From: an uncultured Gemmatimonadales bacterium | GTDB lineage: Bacteria > Gemmatimonadota > Gemmatimonadetes > Palauibacterales > Palauibacteraceae | Length of the DNA: 64,000 nt | Reading direction: 5' to 3' | Assembly: GCA_963783385.1 (NCBI GenBank) | Contig: CAWANJ010000001.1 | Location: 384,001 to 448,000 of the forward strand | Part shown: positions 38,353 through 49,247 of the stretch, piece after piece | How the letters are laid out: each line of letters opens with the position of its first letter | Numbering within the stretch: position 1 is the first letter of the stretch | Program-made: the position numbers and the translations under genes | Notes under the pieces: model-generated | Database searches by the model: none | What the model saw: only the letters and a program-made list of their open reading frames with translations | What the model was told of the DNA's origin: nothing

Positions 38353-40996
38353 TTGAGCCTCCGCTTTGCCGCCCGAATGGCGCGCCGCGACGCGCGGGCG
38401 GGCTCGGGCACCCTGGCTCTGTGCGGAGGAGCCATCGCCCTCGGCGTGGCCGCGCTGGTGGCGCTCGGCTCCTTCCGGGCCTCGGTGGCCGACGCCGTGG
38501 CCCGGCAGGGACGGGACATGCTGGGCGCCGACGCAGCCTTCTCCAGTCGCCACGCCTTCCCCGACTCGGTCCGCCGGCTCCTGGACTCCCTGTCGCGCAC
38601 CGGGGCCGGCGTGTCGCGGAGCACCGGCTTCCCCTCCATGGTGCTGGCCCCGGGGAGTGGCGCCGTCCGGCTGCTCGAGGTGCGGGCCATCGAGGGCGGG
38701 TGGCCGTTCCACGGGAAGGTCGAGACATCCCCGCCCGGGGCATGGGCGGCCCTCCACCGGGACACGGTGGCGGCGGGCGCCGGTCCCCTGCCCCCCGCCG
38801 TCCTCGATCCAGAGGCGGCCGCGCAGCTCTCCGCCTCGGCCGGCGACACGGTGACGGTGGGCCGGGCACGCTTCGTGGTCGCCGGCGTCGCCACGGCGAT
38901 GCCCGACCACCCCCCGACCCGCGTGTTCGACCGTCCGCGGGTCTACATCGCGGCGGGCCATCTCCGCCAGCACGGGTCTGGTGCAGAGGGGCAGCCTGAT
39001 CACGTACGGGGCCTACCTCGATCTGGGCGGGCCCACCGCCACCCGGACGTTCCTGGATCGGCACCGCGGGATGCTGCGGCGGGCCGGGGTCCGGGCCACG
39101 ACCCCCGCCCGCGAACAGGAGCGTCTCACCTCCGGAGTGGGCTACGGAACGCGCTTCCTGGGACTGGTGGGGCTGGCGGCGCTCCTCCTGGGCGGTCTGG
39201 GGGTGGCCAGTGCGGCCCGCGTCCTGGCCGCCACCAAGCTCCGCAGCGCCGCCCTCCTCCGCTGCCTGGGCGCGAGCCGGGGCTCGGTGCTGTCGATCTT
39301 CCTGCTCGAAACGCTGGCGCTCGCCCTGATCGCTTCGGCGCTCGGGGCCGCGGCCGGCATCGGGGTGCAGGCGTGGCTCCCGCACCTCTTCTCCGGGCTC
39401 CTCCCCGTGTCGGTCCGCTTCGGGGTCCATCCCGGCGTCGTGGCGGCCGGCCTCGGCGTGGGCGTGGGGAGCGCCCTCGCGTTCGCGCTCCTCCCGCTCC
39501 TGGACGTCCGGGACGCGCCGCCGCTCGCCGCCCTGCGGCGGGCCGAGAGCGGCCTGGAGGACGACGGACGGCGGCGATGGCGGGACCCGCGTCGCTGGGG
39601 GGCGGCGGGGCTGCTGGCGGCCGCCGTGGCGGCGCTGTGCGTCTGGCAGGCGCCAAGCCCGCTCACCGGGCTCGCCTACGCCGGGGGCCTCGTGGTGCTG
39701 GCCCTCCTGCTGGCCGCCGTGGGCCGGGGCCTGGCGTGGGCCGCGCGCCGATTCCTGCCGCACGGGGCCTCCTACGCGCTCCGGCAGGGTGTCTCCAACC
39801 TGTTTCGGCCCCGCAACCAGACGCTGGCCGTGGTGGTGGCTCTCGGGATGGGCACCTTCCTGATCGGCACGCTGGCGGCGGTCGAGTCCAACGTCGTCGA
39901 CCGCCTGCGACGGGCCACCGGCCCCGGCCAGCCGGACCTCGTCCTGTTCGACATCCAGCCGGACCAGAGGGACTCCGTCCTCGATCTCCTGCGCCGGGGC
40001 GGCCATCCGACGCTCGGCGCGACCCCGATCGCCGTGCTCCGCATCGCCTCCCTGAACGGCGTCGATGCCGCCCGCCTGCGGGCCGAGGAGAGTCGGCTCG
40101 TGGGCGGCGCCGCCGCGTCGGACTCCGACTCGGCCGCCGGCCCGAGACGCCGGAGGCCGGAACGATGGGCGCTGGGGCGCGAATACCGGAGCACGTGGCG
40201 CGACTCGTTGACGGCCACGGAGACGCTGACCGCGGGTCGGTGGTGGGATTCGGCCTGGGCCGGCGGCCCGCGCCCCGGCCAGGTATCGCTGTCCACCGAC
40301 ATCGCCGGAGACCTGGGCGTCGGCCTGGGCGACACGATCACCTGGGAGGCGGCCGGCCGTCGCCTCACGACCGTGGTGACGAGCCTGCGCGACGTCGACT
40401 GGGCCCGGCCGGCCCTCAACTTCTTCGCCGTGTTCCAGCCCGGCGTCCTCGACGGGGTGCCCGCCACGTGGGTGGTGCTCACGCGGATCCCCGATCCGGG
40501 GGCCCGGGCGGCGCTGCAGCGCGACCTGATCCTGAGCTTCCCCAGCGTGTCGGCGGTCGACCTGGCCCGCATCGAGGCGGCCGTCCGTCAGGTGGTGGGC
40601 ACCGTGGCCGAAGCCGTCCGGTTCATGACCCTGTTCAGCGTCGTGGCCGGACTCCTCATCCTGATCGCGGCCATCTGGGCCTCTCGTCGCCAGAGGCTCC
40701 GGGAGACCGTGCTCCTCCGCACCCTGGGGGCCCGCTCGGCCACGATCCGCTCCATCCACCTGGCGGAGTACGCCTGCCTGGGGGGGCTCGCCGGCCTGGC
40801 GGGGACAGGGCTGGCGGCCGTGGCGGGCTGGGCCGTGGTCTCCCGCGGCTTCGGTCTTCCCTACCGGACCCCCGTCGGCTCCCTGGCGCTCCTGTGGCTC
40901 GCCACCTCGGCCGCGGCCGTGCTGGTGGGCGCGCTGGCGGGCGGGAAAGCGGTCCGCCGGCCGCCGCTGGAGGTCCTGCGCGGCCTGGAGGAGTGA
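38353..40996 (+). CDS. ABC transporter permease (YbbP/FtsX-like), frameshift near 38965
   Basis: N-terminal half in ORF 38353 (IALGVAAL, LGAD, WPFHG); C-terminal half in ORF 38981..40996 (LLRCLGAS, FDIQPDQ, REYRST, LRTLGA). Confidence 0.85.
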
Positions 40997-41002
40997 GCCC
41001 GC

Positions 41003-42154
41003 TCAGCTCCCGGCCGGCGCTCCCGAGCGGGCTTCGAGCGCGGCCACGACCGCGTCGGCGAGGGGCCCCGCTCCGAACCGGATCGGGTCGGTGACCGGGA
41101 GGCCGGTCCGCTCCCGTGCCTCCCCGACGACCCGGCGTGCCTCTTCCTCGCCCAGGTCGTAGGTAGCCGCCGACACGGCGACCACGCGCGGCGCCTCCGG
41201 CGGCCGGATCCAGCCCGCCGCCTCCTCGTACAGGCGCACGACGTCGTCCAGGGGTGGGATGTCGACCCAGTCGTAGCGGCCGCCGTAGATCGTGCGTCGC
41301 GACGGCACCCAGCACAGCACCAGGGCCTGCGGCATGGAGCCGTGCAGGAGACCGAGCGTGACCCCGGAATAGCCGGGATGGAGGAGGGATCCCTGGCCCT
41401 CCACCAGCACGACGTCCGCCCCGGCGGCCCCGGGCACGGGATCCTCCCGCCACCCTCCCGGCACCGGCACCCGGGCGTCCTCCGCGCCGGCCCCGGCCAG
41501 GACCAGGGACTCGGCGGCGCCCGCCACGAAGTCGGCCGCCACCGCATCCACCGCCACGCCCCAGCCCTCGAGCAGGATCCCGGTCTGGCCCGTGGGCGCG
41601 AAGCTCGTCCCGACCCCGCGCCGCCGCAGCTCGCGCCGGAGCTCGAGGCCCGTCGTCATCTTCCCGACGTTGCAGTCGGTGCCCACCGTCAGCACGCGGA
41701 GGACGTCGGCACCGGCCGCGCGCCCCGTGGCCACCGGGAGCCCCGGCGGGGAGCGCCGCAGGTCCACCAGGCGAACGCCGCGCGCTTCCGCCAGGCCCGC
41801 CAGCTCGGGGTCCTCGGCCAGGAAGCCGTGCAGACCGCTCCACACCTCGAGTCCGCCCTCGATCGCCGCGCGCAGGACGGGCCGCCACGCGTCCGGGAGC
41901 GCGCCGCCCTGCGGCGCCACACCGATGAGGAGAGCGTCCGGCGGGACCGCGGCGGCCAGCGCCTCCTCCAGATTCGCCACCACGGGGATCCCGGCACCGA
42001 AGCCGAGCACGTCGGCGGCCGTGCCGCCCGCGTGCTCGGAGTCCAGCACGGCCGTCACGCGCTCCGGCAGGTACCGGATCGCGGAGGCAGCCGTCTTCGA
42101 CCCGACGAGCCCGAAGCGCCCCTCGGCCAGCACGGCGAAGCTGGGGGGGCTCAC
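41003..42154 (-). CDS. DUF1611 family P-loop protein (DgcN-like D-amino-acid N-acetyltransferase)
   Basis: GLH, VGTDCNVGKMT, TGQTGI, DAVAADF, VEGQGSLLHPGYSGVTLGLLHGS; GTGA overlap with the upstream stop. Confidence 0.85.
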   Translation of the reverse strand: MSPPSFAVLAEGRFGLVGSKTAASAIRYLPERVTAVLDSEHAGGTAADVLGFGAGIPVVANLEEALAAAVPPDALLIGVAPQGGALPDAWRPVLRAAIEGGLEVWSGLHGFLAEDPELAGLAEARGVRLVDLRRSPPGLPVATGRAAGADVLRVLTVGTDCNVGKMTTGLELRRELRRRGVGTSFAPTGQTGILLEGWGVAVDAVAADFVAGAAESLVLAGAGAEDARVPVPGGWREDPVPGAAGADVVLVEGQGSLLHPGYSGVTLGLLHGSMPQALVLCWVPSRRTIYGGRYDWVDIPPLDDVVRLYEEAAGWIRPPEAPRVVAVSAATYDLGEEEARRVVGEARERTGLPVTDPIRFGAGPLADAVVAALEARSGAPAGS

Positions 42155-43353
42155 TCCTCGGCGCTCCTCGTGTCGCGGCGCTTCCCCTCCAGCGCCTCGA
42201 CCAGGTCGGGCACGGATCGACCACGCCCGGCCGACGCCACGACGAAGTCGGCGGAGGCCGGGAGCCGGAGGGTGATCTGATGGCCGCCGCGCCGCGGCAG
42301 GTAGCGGCCGCCCTCCAGGATGCGCTCGATGTAGATCCTGTGGATCAGGACGCGAACGCAGGCCAGCACCGGCACGGCCACCAGCAGCCCGATGGCGCCC
42401 AGCAGCTTGGCCAGGATGAGGAGCGCCAGCAGGGTCCAGGCCGGCGGGAGCTCGACCCGCTCCTCGAAGATCAGCGGGCTCACCACGTTGGCCTCCAGCA
42501 GGTGCACGCCCGCGCCTACGCTGGCCACGATGAGGGCGAACACGATGCCGTTGTCCGGAAGGACGAAGAGCGCCGGCAGCACCGTGGAAAACAGGGTCCC
42601 GAAGAAGGGGACGATGGCCACGAGGCCGGCGAACACGCCGAACGCGAGCGCGAAGGGCACGCCCAGGAACTGGAGGCCCACCCAGGTCAGCGAGCCGAGC
42701 ACGAACATGGCCAGCAGCTGCCCGCCGAGCCACGATCGCAGCGTCGTGCTCATCTCGTCCATGATGTCGGCCGCCGCGTCCCGGTGGAGCGGCGGGACGA
42801 GCTGCAGCACCTCGCCCCGGTACAGGCCGGGCCGGGTCGTGAGGTAGATGCTGATGGCCACGAGGCTGACCACGTGCACGAAGAACCAGATCCCGTTGAA
42901 CAGGTACGGCACGGCCCCCGTGACGTACTGTCCGATCTGCCGGAACAAGGACCCGAAGTAGTTGCCACCCTGCGGGCCCGCGCCGAACAGCTCGCCCAGG
43001 AACGGATACTTGTCCTGCAGCCCCGACAGGGACCGCTCCCATTGCGCGAGCTGGCGGGGGAGGGCCGTCACCAGCTGGGTCGCCTGGGCGGTGAGGGGCG
43101 GCGCCAGGAGGACCCCGATCCCGCCGATGAACAAGAGCGTCGCCAGGACGCTGACCACGATGCCCACCGGACGCGGGAGCCGGAGACGGCGCTGGAACCA
43201 GTCGGTCACCGCCCCCAGGTAGATGGAGAACAGCAGCGACAGGAAGAGGAGGATGAGGAGGTCGGCGACGCTGTAGACGAACAGCAGGAGGAGGACGAGG
43301 ACGACGGCCGTGACCAGGAGGCGTACCCGGCCCCGGACGCCGGCCGCATCCAT
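42151..43353 (-). CDS. AI-2E family transporter
   Basis: WLGGQL, IVPFFG, LEANVVSPLI, GLLVAVP. Confidence 0.88.
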   Translation of the reverse strand: MDAAGVRGRVRLLVTAVVLVLLLLFVYSVADLLILLFLSLLFSIYLGAVTDWFQRRLRLPRPVGIVVSVLATLLFIGGIGVLLAPPLTAQATQLVTALPRQLAQWERSLSGLQDKYPFLGELFGAGPQGGNYFGSLFRQIGQYVTGAVPYLFNGIWFFVHVVSLVAISIYLTTRPGLYRGEVLQLVPPLHRDAAADIMDEMSTTLRSWLGGQLLAMFVLGSLTWVGLQFLGVPFALAFGVFAGLVAIVPFFGTLFSTVLPALFVLPDNGIVFALIVASVGAGVHLLEANVVSPLIFEERVELPPAWTLLALLILAKLLGAIGLLVAVPVLACVRVLIHRIYIERILEGGRYLPRRGGHQITLRLPASADFVVASAGRGRSVPDLVEALEGKRRDTRSAEE

Positions 43354-43369
43354 CCGGCCCTCTCCCGCT

Positions 43370-44167
43370 TCAGCTACCGTGGTCGCCGGAGCCGGAGAGG
43401 TCGTCGCTGTCCTCCTCGACGATCTCCGCGTCCTTCACGTCCGCTTTGCCGGAGCCGAGCGCCCGCGGGGCGGGGTCGTCGCCGGTCGGCAGCAGTCCCA
43501 TCTCCTGCTTGAGGGCCGAGAGTCGGGCCTCGACGTCCCGGTGCCCTCCCGCCTCGAGACCGGCGAATTCCTTCTCGAGCGTGTCGCCCCCGAGCTCGTC
43601 GTCCACCTCGGCGGCGGCGATCGCCCGGCGCTCGGACGCCTCGATCTCCTCGCTCATGCGATCGAACGCCCGGAAGGCGCCCCGGTCCTCGAGGCCCGCG
43701 ATCGTGTCCTGGATGCGCTTCTGCGCCTGGGCGCGCTTCTGCTTGGCGATGAGGAGGTTCTTCTTGCGCTTGGCCTCCTCGATCTTGGCGTTGAGCTGGC
43801 GCAGGGAGTTCTTGAGCCGGTCGGTCTCCTGGCGATGCCGCTGCCACTGCTCCTGGAGCTCCCGGGCATGGTCGGCGTGCTCCTGGCCCCGCATGAGGGC
43901 CTGTCGCGCCAGGTCGTCCCGGCCCTCCTTGACCGCCAGGCGCGCCCGGCGCTCCCATTCCTCCGCCTGTCCCCGCTCCTCCTCCCAGGTCGCCCGGAGC
44001 TTGCGCTCGTCGGCGATGGCGACCGCGACCTCCTGCTTGGCCTGAGCCAGCTGCCGACGCATGTCCTCGAGGATCTGCGTCAGCATCTTCTCCGGGTTCT
44101 CGGCCCGGGCGATGAGGTCGTTGATGTTGGAGCGGAGCACCCGTGAGAGTCTCTCGAAGATTCCCAT
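43370..44167 (-). CDS. pspA: PspA/IM30 family protein
   Basis: MGIFERLSRVLRSNINDLIARAENPEKML, WERRARLA..G.DDLARQAL, AFDRMSE; long coiled coil. Confidence 0.95.
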   Translation of the reverse strand: MGIFERLSRVLRSNINDLIARAENPEKMLTQILEDMRRQLAQAKQEVAVAIADERKLRATWEEERGQAEEWERRARLAVKEGRDDLARQALMRGQEHADHARELQEQWQRHRQETDRLKNSLRQLNAKIEEAKRKKNLLIAKQKRAQAQKRIQDTIAGLEDRGAFRAFDRMSEEIEASERRAIAAAEVDDELGGDTLEKEFAGLEAGGHRDVEARLSALKQEMGLLPTGDDPAPRALGSGKADVKDAEIVEEDSDDLSGSGDHGS

Positions 44168-44169
44168 GA

Positions 44170-44562
44170 TCAGTCCGTCGACAGTTCCTTCAGGTGACTC
44201 GTGACCGCCAGCGCCAGACTCTCCAGCGAGGCCCGGAACTCCGTGAAGTCCAGGTCCTCCAGCTCCAGCGTGTCGGCCAGCACGATCTCCCCGTCCTCCA
44301 GGCCGTAGGCGCCGTGGACGAGGTCCGACGCGTTCAACTCGAGCAAACGCCTGTAGATTCTGAGCTGCGCGGCCTCGCCCTCCGGTACGGTCCGGATGAC
44401 GGTCCTCAGCAGCAGCACGGGAGGCAAGTAGCTGGCCACGATGGCCGGGCCGCCGCCCTGCTCCTCTCCCTCCGGTCGCACGAGCCACATGCCGTCGCCG
44501 ATTTCCTCGTAGTCGAGGTCGGTTCGGATGAGGTAACTCTCGATGTCTTCGCGACTGATCAT
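44170..44562 (-). CDS. YbjN/CesT (type III chaperone fold) family protein
   Basis: Acidic 130 aa; RRLLELNASDLVHGAYGLEDGEIVL...LDFTEF pattern. Confidence 0.75.
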   Translation of the reverse strand: MISREDIESYLIRTDLDYEEIGDGMWLVRPEGEEQGGGPAIVASYLPPVLLLRTVIRTVPEGEAAQLRIYRRLLELNASDLVHGAYGLEDGEIVLADTLELEDLDFTEFRASLESLALAVTSHLKELSTD

Positions 44563-44858
44563 GATCCCGAGCTCCTTTCGCCCTCCGGCTTCGGCGCCTG
44601 GAGCGCGGGGCGCTCCTCCAGCAGCCGTACCAGGAAGTCCTGCTCCTCGGCCATCCGCTCCACCCGGTCCGTCAGCTCCGCCACCTGTCGGCGGAGGCCC
44701 TCGATGTCCTCGCGCGGCACGCCGGGCGGGATCGCCTCGGTCGGACCCTCGGTCTCGACGCGACGGGGACCATCGTCCAGCCGACGCACCAGCCCGCGCC
44801 CCAGGGGGAGAAGCACGGCGAAGAACATGACCAGTACGATGAGTTCCGCCACACCCAT
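44559..44858 (-). CDS. Small single-TM coiled-coil protein (PspB-like architecture)
   Basis: N-terminal TM, then LRRQVAELTDRVERMAEEQDFLVRLL; ATGA overlap with the next gene. Confidence 0.7.
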   Translation of the reverse strand: MGVAELIVLVMFFAVLLPLGRGLVRRLDDGPRRVETEGPTEAIPPGVPREDIEGLRRQVAELTDRVERMAEEQDFLVRLLEERPALQAPKPEGERSSGS

Positions 44859-45108
44859 GTTTCGCTCTGCGTTACTCCGCCCCGGGATCGTCCCTACGTC
44901 GTTCCGCCTTCGGCGGTTTCACGGGCCGCGGAGGCTTCCCCCACGGCCGGCCGGCGGACGCGGGAGCGTCGGCGAGCGGGCGCTCGGGGCGTCCGCATCA
45001 GGGTAACCCGGAGCCCCGGCGGTAGCAATGCGCACCGCCTATATTGGCCCGTGTTTCGCGCGCCGTCGGGCATCCGGCGGCGCCACCCCCGTCGAGGAGG
45101 ATGGAGCG

Positions 45109-46398
45109 ATGTCCGGTGTACCCGTTCCGCCGCGCGGCCGGCGGGCCCGAGTCCGCAGGCCCGGAGGCCGTGTCGTGCTGGCCCTGCTTCTGGCGCTGAC
45201 CGCGGCCTGCGCCTCGGCCGGACCCTACGGAGGTGGAGGCGAGGGGGGCGAGCGGGGCGAGTCGGGGGAATTGGGACGCGGTGAGCGAATGGAGCGCTTC
45301 CGGCGCGAGGCCGGCTTCCGCTACTGGGTGTACGTGGCCGACGAGGCCTCCGACGTGGTGAGCCGGGTGCGCTTCGACCGGGACAGCATCGCGGTCGACA
45401 GGACGATCCCGGTGGGGATCATGCCCGCCGACCTGGACGGCCCGCACGGCCTGTCGATCTCGGAGGACGGACGCTTCTGGTACCTGACCACGGCGCACGG
45501 GACGCCGTTCGGGCGCCTGTGGAAGTACCGCACCGGGTCCGACGTGCTCGTCGACAGCGTCCAGCTCGGCCTGTTCCCGGCCACCATCGGGCTGACGCCG
45601 GACGGCACGATGGCGTTCGTGGCCAACTTCGACCTGCACGGCGACCCGGTCCCCTCCTCCGTCTCCGTGGTGGAGACCGACCCGGTGCTCACCGAGACGG
45701 GCCGGGTCAAGACCTGCGTGAAGCCGCACGGCGTCCGCGTCGGCCCCGCCGGCGAGCACGTCTACTCCGTATGCATGGCGAGCGACGAGCTGGTGGACAT
45801 GACCGTCCAGCCCCCGAGGGTGAGCCGTACCCTGCACGTGTCCGCGACGGGCGGCGGGCCGTGCAAGCCCACCTGGGCCCAGCCCTCGGTGGACGGGAAG
45901 CACGTGTACGTGGCCTGCAACGGTGCCTCCGAGGTGCTGGACGTGGACGTAGCCACGTGGGCCGTGTCGCGGCGCTTCCAGGTGGGCAAGGCGCCCTACA
46001 ACCTGGCGGTGACGCGGGACGGCCGGTACCTGCTGGCCACCGACAAGGGCGAGCAGGCCGTGAGCCTGGTCGACCTCCGCGACGGAACGGAAGCCGCCCG
46101 GATCGGGACCACCCGCCCCCTCCCCCACGGCGTCGTGGTCTCCCCCGACTCACGCTACGCCTTCGTGACCAACGAGGCCGTGGGCGCCACCCGCAGCACC
46201 GTGGACGTCATCGACCTGGACGGGAAGAAGCGGGTGGCCAGCGTGGAGGTCGAGCACCAGGCGGGCGGCATCGCCTTCTGGCGGATGGCCCCGCTCCGCG
46301 GGCCGAATCCCCGCTTCGGTCGTGGGTTCCGGCCCCGGGAACGGGGCGAGGGCGGCGAGAGCGGCGGTGAGATCGGCGAGGGCGGAGCCACGCGATGA
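45109..46398 (+). CDS. YncE/YVTN-type beta-propeller lipoprotein
   Basis: Repeated PHG/PYN...S/TPDG..YV blades; lipobox TAAC. Confidence 0.85.
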   Translation: MSGVPVPPRGRRARVRRPGGRVVLALLLALTAACASAGPYGGGGEGGERGESGELGRGERMERFRREAGFRYWVYVADEASDVVSRVRFDRDSIAVDRTIPVGIMPADLDGPHGLSISEDGRFWYLTTAHGTPFGRLWKYRTGSDVLVDSVQLGLFPATIGLTPDGTMAFVANFDLHGDPVPSSVSVVETDPVLTETGRVKTCVKPHGVRVGPAGEHVYSVCMASDELVDMTVQPPRVSRTLHVSATGGGPCKPTWAQPSVDGKHVYVACNGASEVLDVDVATWAVSRRFQVGKAPYNLAVTRDGRYLLATDKGEQAVSLVDLRDGTEAARIGTTRPLPHGVVVSPDSRYAFVTNEAVGATRSTVDVIDLDGKKRVASVEVEHQAGGIAFWRMAPLRGPNPRFGRGFRPRERGEGGESGGEIGEGGATR

Positions 46399-46979
46399 AC
46401 GAGTTTGTGCGGGGGATCGTAGCACGTCTCGGTGAGAACTTCGCGCCCGACGTCCTCGGAGCGCAGCTCGCGCGCCTCCTCAGCAGCGCCATCGCTGCTG
46501 GGCTCACCTTCCTGGCGTACTACGCGGCCTGGCGTCTCCTGGACGCCCTCCTCCGCCCGGCCCTGCGCCGGACCCGTCTCGACACCACGAGCCGCGAGTT
46601 CGCCCGGACCGTGATCCGCTTCCTCGTCCTCACCGTGGGCGCGGTGGCCGCCCTGAGCGAGATGGGCATCGGCACGACGTCCCTCCTGGCCAGCCTGGGC
46701 GTGGCCGGCATCACGCTCGGTCTCGTGCGGGAGGACCCGGACTTCATGGAGGTACCGCCTCCGCGCGTCGTGGTGACGGCGCTGGGCGACTACCACGTCA
46801 CCCTGCAGCTCCAGGCCTGGCTGGAGGACGAGCGACGCCACATCCCCCGGCGGTTCGAGCTCCGGGAGCGGGTGTTCGAGGCCCTGAGGAAGGCCGGCGT
46901 CGACATGCCGACCGAGACGATCCGCGTCACGGGCCTGCCGCCTGGTGCCGTCCCGTCGGGATCCCCCGAGCCCGCGTAG
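46395..46979 (+). pseudogene. MscS mechanosensitive channel with an in-frame internal deletion
   Basis: TM1-TM3 (SLLASLGVAGITLGL) joins directly to the last part of the C-terminal domain (PPPRVVVTALGDY...ALRKAGVDMP). Confidence 0.65.
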
Positions 46980-47101
46980 GCGCCGGCTCCCGTCCGGCGA
47001 CTTCTCCAGGAGGGACCGGCGGGCTCCCGTTGCCGCACGTAGTCCGGTGGGCCAGCTTGGCCTCGCTCCTGACGACATGGTCCCACGGTCGAGGTTGCTC
47101 C

Positions 47102-49241
47102 ATGGCCCAGTCGCGCCGCGTCCGCGCCCCGCGCCCCGTCGCGGGCGCCCTCCTGTCCGCCGCCCTGCTGGCCGCCGGCCTGCTCGCCGCGCCGGCCCCC
47201 GCCCGGGCCAAGGTGGTCCGGGTCGTGGTCACCAGCCGCGACACGATCCTGGGCGGCAAGGCCTTCGGGAAGGCCGGCGCCTACGAGAGGATCGCGGGGC
47301 GGGTGTACTTCACCTTCGACCCCGCCAACCCGGCGGACGCCCGCATCGCCGACCTCGAGCTGGCCCCCCGGAACGCGGACGGGAAGGTGGAGGCGTGGGC
47401 CAACTTCATGGTGCTCCAGCCGCTCGACCCGGCGCGCCGGAGCGGCGTGTCGCTGGTCGAGGTGTCGAACCGGGGCGGGAAGGCGGCCCTCGCCTACTTC
47501 GACCGGGCCGCCTCCAGCCTGGACCCGTCGCGGGCGCGGGACTTCGGGGACGGCTTCCTCCTCCGCCATGCGGTACACGATCGTGTGGGTGGGGTGGGAG
47601 TTCGACGTGCCGCCCGAGCCCGCCCTCCTCCTCCGCCTCCACGTGCCCCGGGCCACCAACCCGGACGGCTCACCGCTCCGGGGCCGGGTGCGGAGCGACT
47701 GGGTGGTGGAGTACCCGACCCGCACCCTGTCGGTCGGCCACCGGAGCCAGGTGGGCTACCCGGTGACCGACACGGCCACGCGCGGGGCCTACCTCACCGT
47801 GCGCGACGACCGGAACGCGCCCCGCAGGGTCGTCCCGCGCTCGGCCTGGGCCTTCGCCCGGGAGACCGAGGACGGCCGGGTGGTGGGCGACTCGACCCAC
47901 ATCTTCATGAAGGCGGACTTCACGCCCGGGAAGATCTACGAGCTCGTCTACCCGTCCGAGAATCCGCCGGTGGTGGGGCTGGGGCTGGCCGCCGTGCGCG
48001 ACATGATCGCCTACCAGAAGTACGACCCCCACAGCCTGTTCCCCGCCAAATACGGCATCGCCGAGGGCATCTCCCAGACGGGCCGCTTCCTGCGCCACTT
48101 CCTCTACCAGGGCTTCAACGTGGACGAAGAGGGCCGGAAGGCGTTCGACGGGATCCTGGCCATGGCGGCGGGCGGCGGGCGCGGCAGCTTCGATCACCGC
48201 TTCGGGCAGCCCTCCAGGGACGCCCACCGGTTCTCGGCCTTCTTCTACCCGACCGACATCTTCCCCTTCACCGGCCGGGTGGAGCGCGACCCGCTCACCG
48301 GCCGGGAGGACGGGCTCCTGGCACACACGCCGCCCGAGGACCTGCCCAGGATCTTCTACACGAACTCTGGCTACGAGTACTGGGGGCGCGCCGCCTCGCT
48401 CATCCAGACGAGCGCCGACGGATCCACGGACGTGCCGCCCCTCCCGAACGTCCGGATCTACCACTTCGCCGGCGGGCAGCACTTCGTGGACCGCTTCCCG
48501 CCCGGCACCGACCACTTCCCCGAGGCTCCCAGGGGCCTGGTCTCGAAGCCGGGGCAGCCCGCGGCGTGGCGGGGCGACCCGCTCGACTACCATCCCAACC
48601 TCAGGGCCCTGCTGGTGCGGCTCACCGACTGGATCGTGGACGGCCGGGAGCCACCCCCCTCGGCCATCCCGCACATCGCCGACGGGACGCTGGTCCCGGT
48701 GGTGGCGGCCGCGAAGGCGTTCCCCGACATCCCGGGGCTCGGCTTCCCGAAGGTGACCGAGGTGGCCTACCATGCCGACTACGGCCCGCGCTGGGGCGAG
48801 GGGATCGTGGACTTCCAGCCCCCGCGGCTGGGACCCGCCTTCCCCGCCCTCGTGCCGATCACCGACTCGCTCGGGAACGAGCGGGACGGGATCCGGAACG
48901 TGGAGGTGCGCGTCCCGCTGGCCACCTACGCGCCCTGGAGCCTGCGGACCGGCATGCCCGGCCCCCAGGACGAGCTGGCCGACTTCCGCGGCACGTTCAT
49001 CCCGCTGCCGTGGGACGCGGCCGAGAAGACGAGGGCCGGCGACCCGAGGCCGGCGGTGAGCCAGCTGTACGGCTCGCGGGCCGACTACCTGCGGAAGGCG
49101 GGGGCCGCGGTGGACACGCTGGTCCGCGAGGGCTTCCTGCTCCGGGAGGACTCGAGCTACGTGGTGGGGCGAGCCGGGGCGATCTGGGACTGGATGGCGA
49201 AGCGGGCGGCGGACCGGGAGGGAGGCGCGGGCGGACGGTAG
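47102..49241 (+). CDS. Exported alpha/beta-hydrolase-domain protein, frameshift near 47571
   Basis: Signal peptide; EVSNRGGK; YTIVWVGWEFD; GISQTGRFLR nucleophile motif; EYWGR; GGQH. Confidence 0.8.
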
Positions 49242-49247
49242 CCGCGC

